Source: Candidatus Thorarchaeota archaeon (GTDB lineage: Archaea; Asgardarchaeota; Thorarchaeia; Thorarchaeales; Thorarchaeaceae). Taken from it: 14,879 nt of DNA. The stretch is taken from contig PRDJ01000011.1 of assembly GCA_003345555.1 (NCBI GenBank), positions 1 through 14,879 of the forward strand, read 5' to 3'. Under the pieces are notes generated by a model. The model saw only the letters and a list, made by a program, of their open reading frames with translations. It ran no database searches and had not been told where the DNA came from. Shown here one piece after another: positions 13,129-14,879 of the stretch. Within the stretch, counting starts at the first letter, position 1. Every line of letters starts with the position of its first letter. The translations under genes and the position numbers were made by a program.

Positions 13129-14058
13129 TTGAGTTCCGAAGCTTTTAGCACTCAATCACTGAAGAAGCTCTACGGCCACACGCTGGCGCTCCAAGAAATC
13201 AGCGTAAGTGCGCCCAAGAAAGCAGTTGGTCTCTTGGGACCGAACGGCGCTGGCAAGACAACCTTGATTCGTGTCTTGATGGGCATCATCCCGTTCAATT
13301 CGGGCTCAGCGACTGTGCTGGGCAGACCAATGCCCGCTTCGCTCAATGATATAAGAGACCACGTCGGGTACTCGCCAGAGTTCTCGCCAACGATGCCTGA
13401 CGTGTCTGCGCAGAAGTACGTGACTTTCATGGGCAGGCTTTCGGGCTTGAACTCAGTGGAAGCAGCACAAAGAGCTCACGATACGCTACACTATGTCGGG
13501 CTGGGCGAGGAGAGGTACAGACGCCTTGGCGAATACAGCACCGGAATGATGCAAAAGTGCAAATTGGCGACCGCTCTTGTCCACGACCCGGAACTCCTGA
13601 TACTCGATGAGCCAACGGACGGCCTTGACCCCAGCGGACGCCATCAGATGCTTGAGTTGATCAAGAAGCTGTATGTCGAGGAGAAGAAGAGCATAATCCT
13701 GTCCTCTCACCTTCTGTTCGATGTTCAGCGGGTCTGTGACTGGGTGGTCATATTAGGAAGGGGACGAGTTATTGCGAATGGGGACGTGTCTCAAATGCTC
13801 GCTGATAGCTCTGGGACCGTCAGACTCAAAGTTGCTGGGAATCCTGAACTGCTTGTCTCCAGACTAAAGTCGAGAGGCATTGATGCCGCGAGCGAGGGAC
13901 AGTATGTCGACGTCCAAAGGACCGAGAACGTTGAGATGAAGGTCTTAGAGGAAATCCAAAAGGAACGTTCACTGGGCCTGCGCTATCTAGGACCAAAGAC
14001 GCGAACACTTGAGGACGTGTTCATGTCGCTTGTTGAAGGCAGGAGTGACATGGAATGA
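13129..14058 (+). CDS. ABC-2 type transporter ATP-binding subunit
   Basis: Walker A GPNGAGKTT, signature-like YSTGM, Walker B/D-loop LLILDEPTDGLDP, H-loop LSSH, and a C-terminal LEDVF motif typical of DrrA/CcmA-like exporters. Confidence 0.95.
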   Translation: MSSEAFSTQSLKKLYGHTLALQEISVSAPKKAVGLLGPNGAGKTTLIRVLMGIIPFNSGSATVLGRPMPASLNDIRDHVGYSPEFSPTMPDVSAQKYVTFMGRLSGLNSVEAAQRAHDTLHYVGLGEERYRRLGEYSTGMMQKCKLATALVHDPELLILDEPTDGLDPSGRHQMLELIKKLYVEEKKSIILSSHLLFDVQRVCDWVVILGRGRVIANGDVSQMLADSSGTVRLKVAGNPELLVSRLKSRGIDAASEGQYVDVQRTENVEMKVLEEIQKERSLGLRYLGPKTRTLEDVFMSLVEGRSDME

Positions 14059-14879
14059 GCACAGAAGGCACAGATGAGACCTATGTAAGAAAATTCGGCT
14101 TCCGGCCGTTTACTGGCGTGAGACTGGGCAGGCTCTACAGAACTGTCTCAGTTGCTTGGTTCAACTTGATTGAGGCTATTCGGCGGTCAGGATTCACTAA
14201 GTTTCTTTTGGTGATAATGATATTCAACCTCATCATTCAAGATGTAGTAATCATAGTTCTAGCAAGACTAGTACCACCTGAGCTCCTCGGAATCACACTG
14301 ACTGAGTTGTTCCAAGGATCCTATACCGACTCCGTGCTAGGGATGGTCTCGATACTTAACCGGATAACGACCCAAACAGGACCATTCACTGGCGGCCTAG
14401 GACTGACATCTGTGGGAACCAGCTTTCTCTGGCTTCTTCTTCTGTCTGTCGTGGGAGGAGGCCTCATCTCAGATGACAAGTTGTATCGAACTACAGAGAC
14501 CTACTTCTCGAGGATTACGCGCCTCGAGTATGTCATTGGAAAGCTCCTCAGCCTTATGCTCTTCTCATTGTTCATTCTGACATTTCCAGCAGTGCTCCAA
14601 TACGTGCTTCTGTGCATGGGATTAGGCATTGGCTTCCTCGACAACGTAGGTCTCCTAGTCTGGGCGCTGGGTTTCACTCTAATGGCTGCGCTTGCATTGA
14701 GCATGATTATTCTTTCACTGTCCAGCCTCACAAAAAGAAGAAGTCTTGCTTCTCTTACTCTCTTCATATTCGTCGTACTGATGTCAAGCCTTCCGTCAGC
14801 GTTTGGGACAATAGTGAATAACCCAGTCACGCTTCTAATCGATTTCGTCGGTTGCATCGCTTTGTTCGGTGCAATGATG
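14055..14879 (+). CDS. ABC-2 type transporter permease (3' truncated; not in ORF track)
   Basis: ATG overlaps the ATPase stop (ATGA). The frame is open for 275 codons to the edge: MSTEGTDETYVRKFGFRPF...LLSVVGGGLISDDKLYRTTETYFSRITRLEYVIGKLLSL..., with the ABC-2 permease motif and several TM helices. Confidence 0.9.
   Translation, partial: MSTEGTDETYVRKFGFRPFTGVRLGRLYRTVSVAWFNLIEAIRRSGFTKFLLVIMIFNLIIQDVVIIVLARLVPPELLGITLTELFQGSYTDSVLGMVSILNRITTQTGPFTGGLGLTSVGTSFLWLLLLSVVGGGLISDDKLYRTTETYFSRITRLEYVIGKLLSLMLFSLFILTFPAVLQYVLLCMGLGIGFLDNVGLLVWALGFTLMAALALSMIILSLSSLTKRRSLASLTLFIFVVLMSSLPSAFGTIVNNPVTLLIDFVGCIALFGAMM

Noticed and set aside
1-14879. CRISPR arrays, rRNA, tRNA, IS elements
   Set aside because: No regularly spaced repeats, terminal inverted repeats with transposase, or RNA-gene signatures were seen by eye.

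Overview
Gene-dense archaeal chromosomal window. An Asgard (Thorarchaeia-like) origin is inferred from the Roadblock/LC7 protein, the zinc-ribbon/low-complexity/helical-repeat proteins, GAGGTG-type RBSs and the gene set; this is not proven. Left to right: 5' part of a 3-hydroxyacyl-CoA dehydrogenase (-, runs off the window, absent from the ORF track), a ~450-bp spacer with a multi-stem plus-strand RNA-like structure, an MFS transporter (+), a split PH-like/Gly-rich/zinc-ribbon protein (+), F420-0:glutamate ligase cofE (-) preceded by a nested double stem with H/ACA-like geometry, a translationally coupled DNA topoisomerase VI pair top6B-top6A (+), a zinc-ribbon/acidic-linker/54-aa helical-repeat protein (-), a PAP2-like membrane protein (-), an internally duplicated membrane protein with a sequon-rich ectodomain (+), a Roadblock/LC7 protein (+) and an ABC-2 ATPase plus truncated permease (+). 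The most unusual element is the Topo VI pair. All catalytic motifs are intact, but Top6A/Spo11 carries a ~385-aa N-terminal extension with two RadA/Rad51-NTD-like helix-hairpin-helix modules. Top6B carries a very basic N-tail, a ~85-aa GHKL insertion and an acidic C-tail. No CRISPR array, tRNA, rRNA or mobile element was seen. All calls are by eye; no database searches or folding programs were run.
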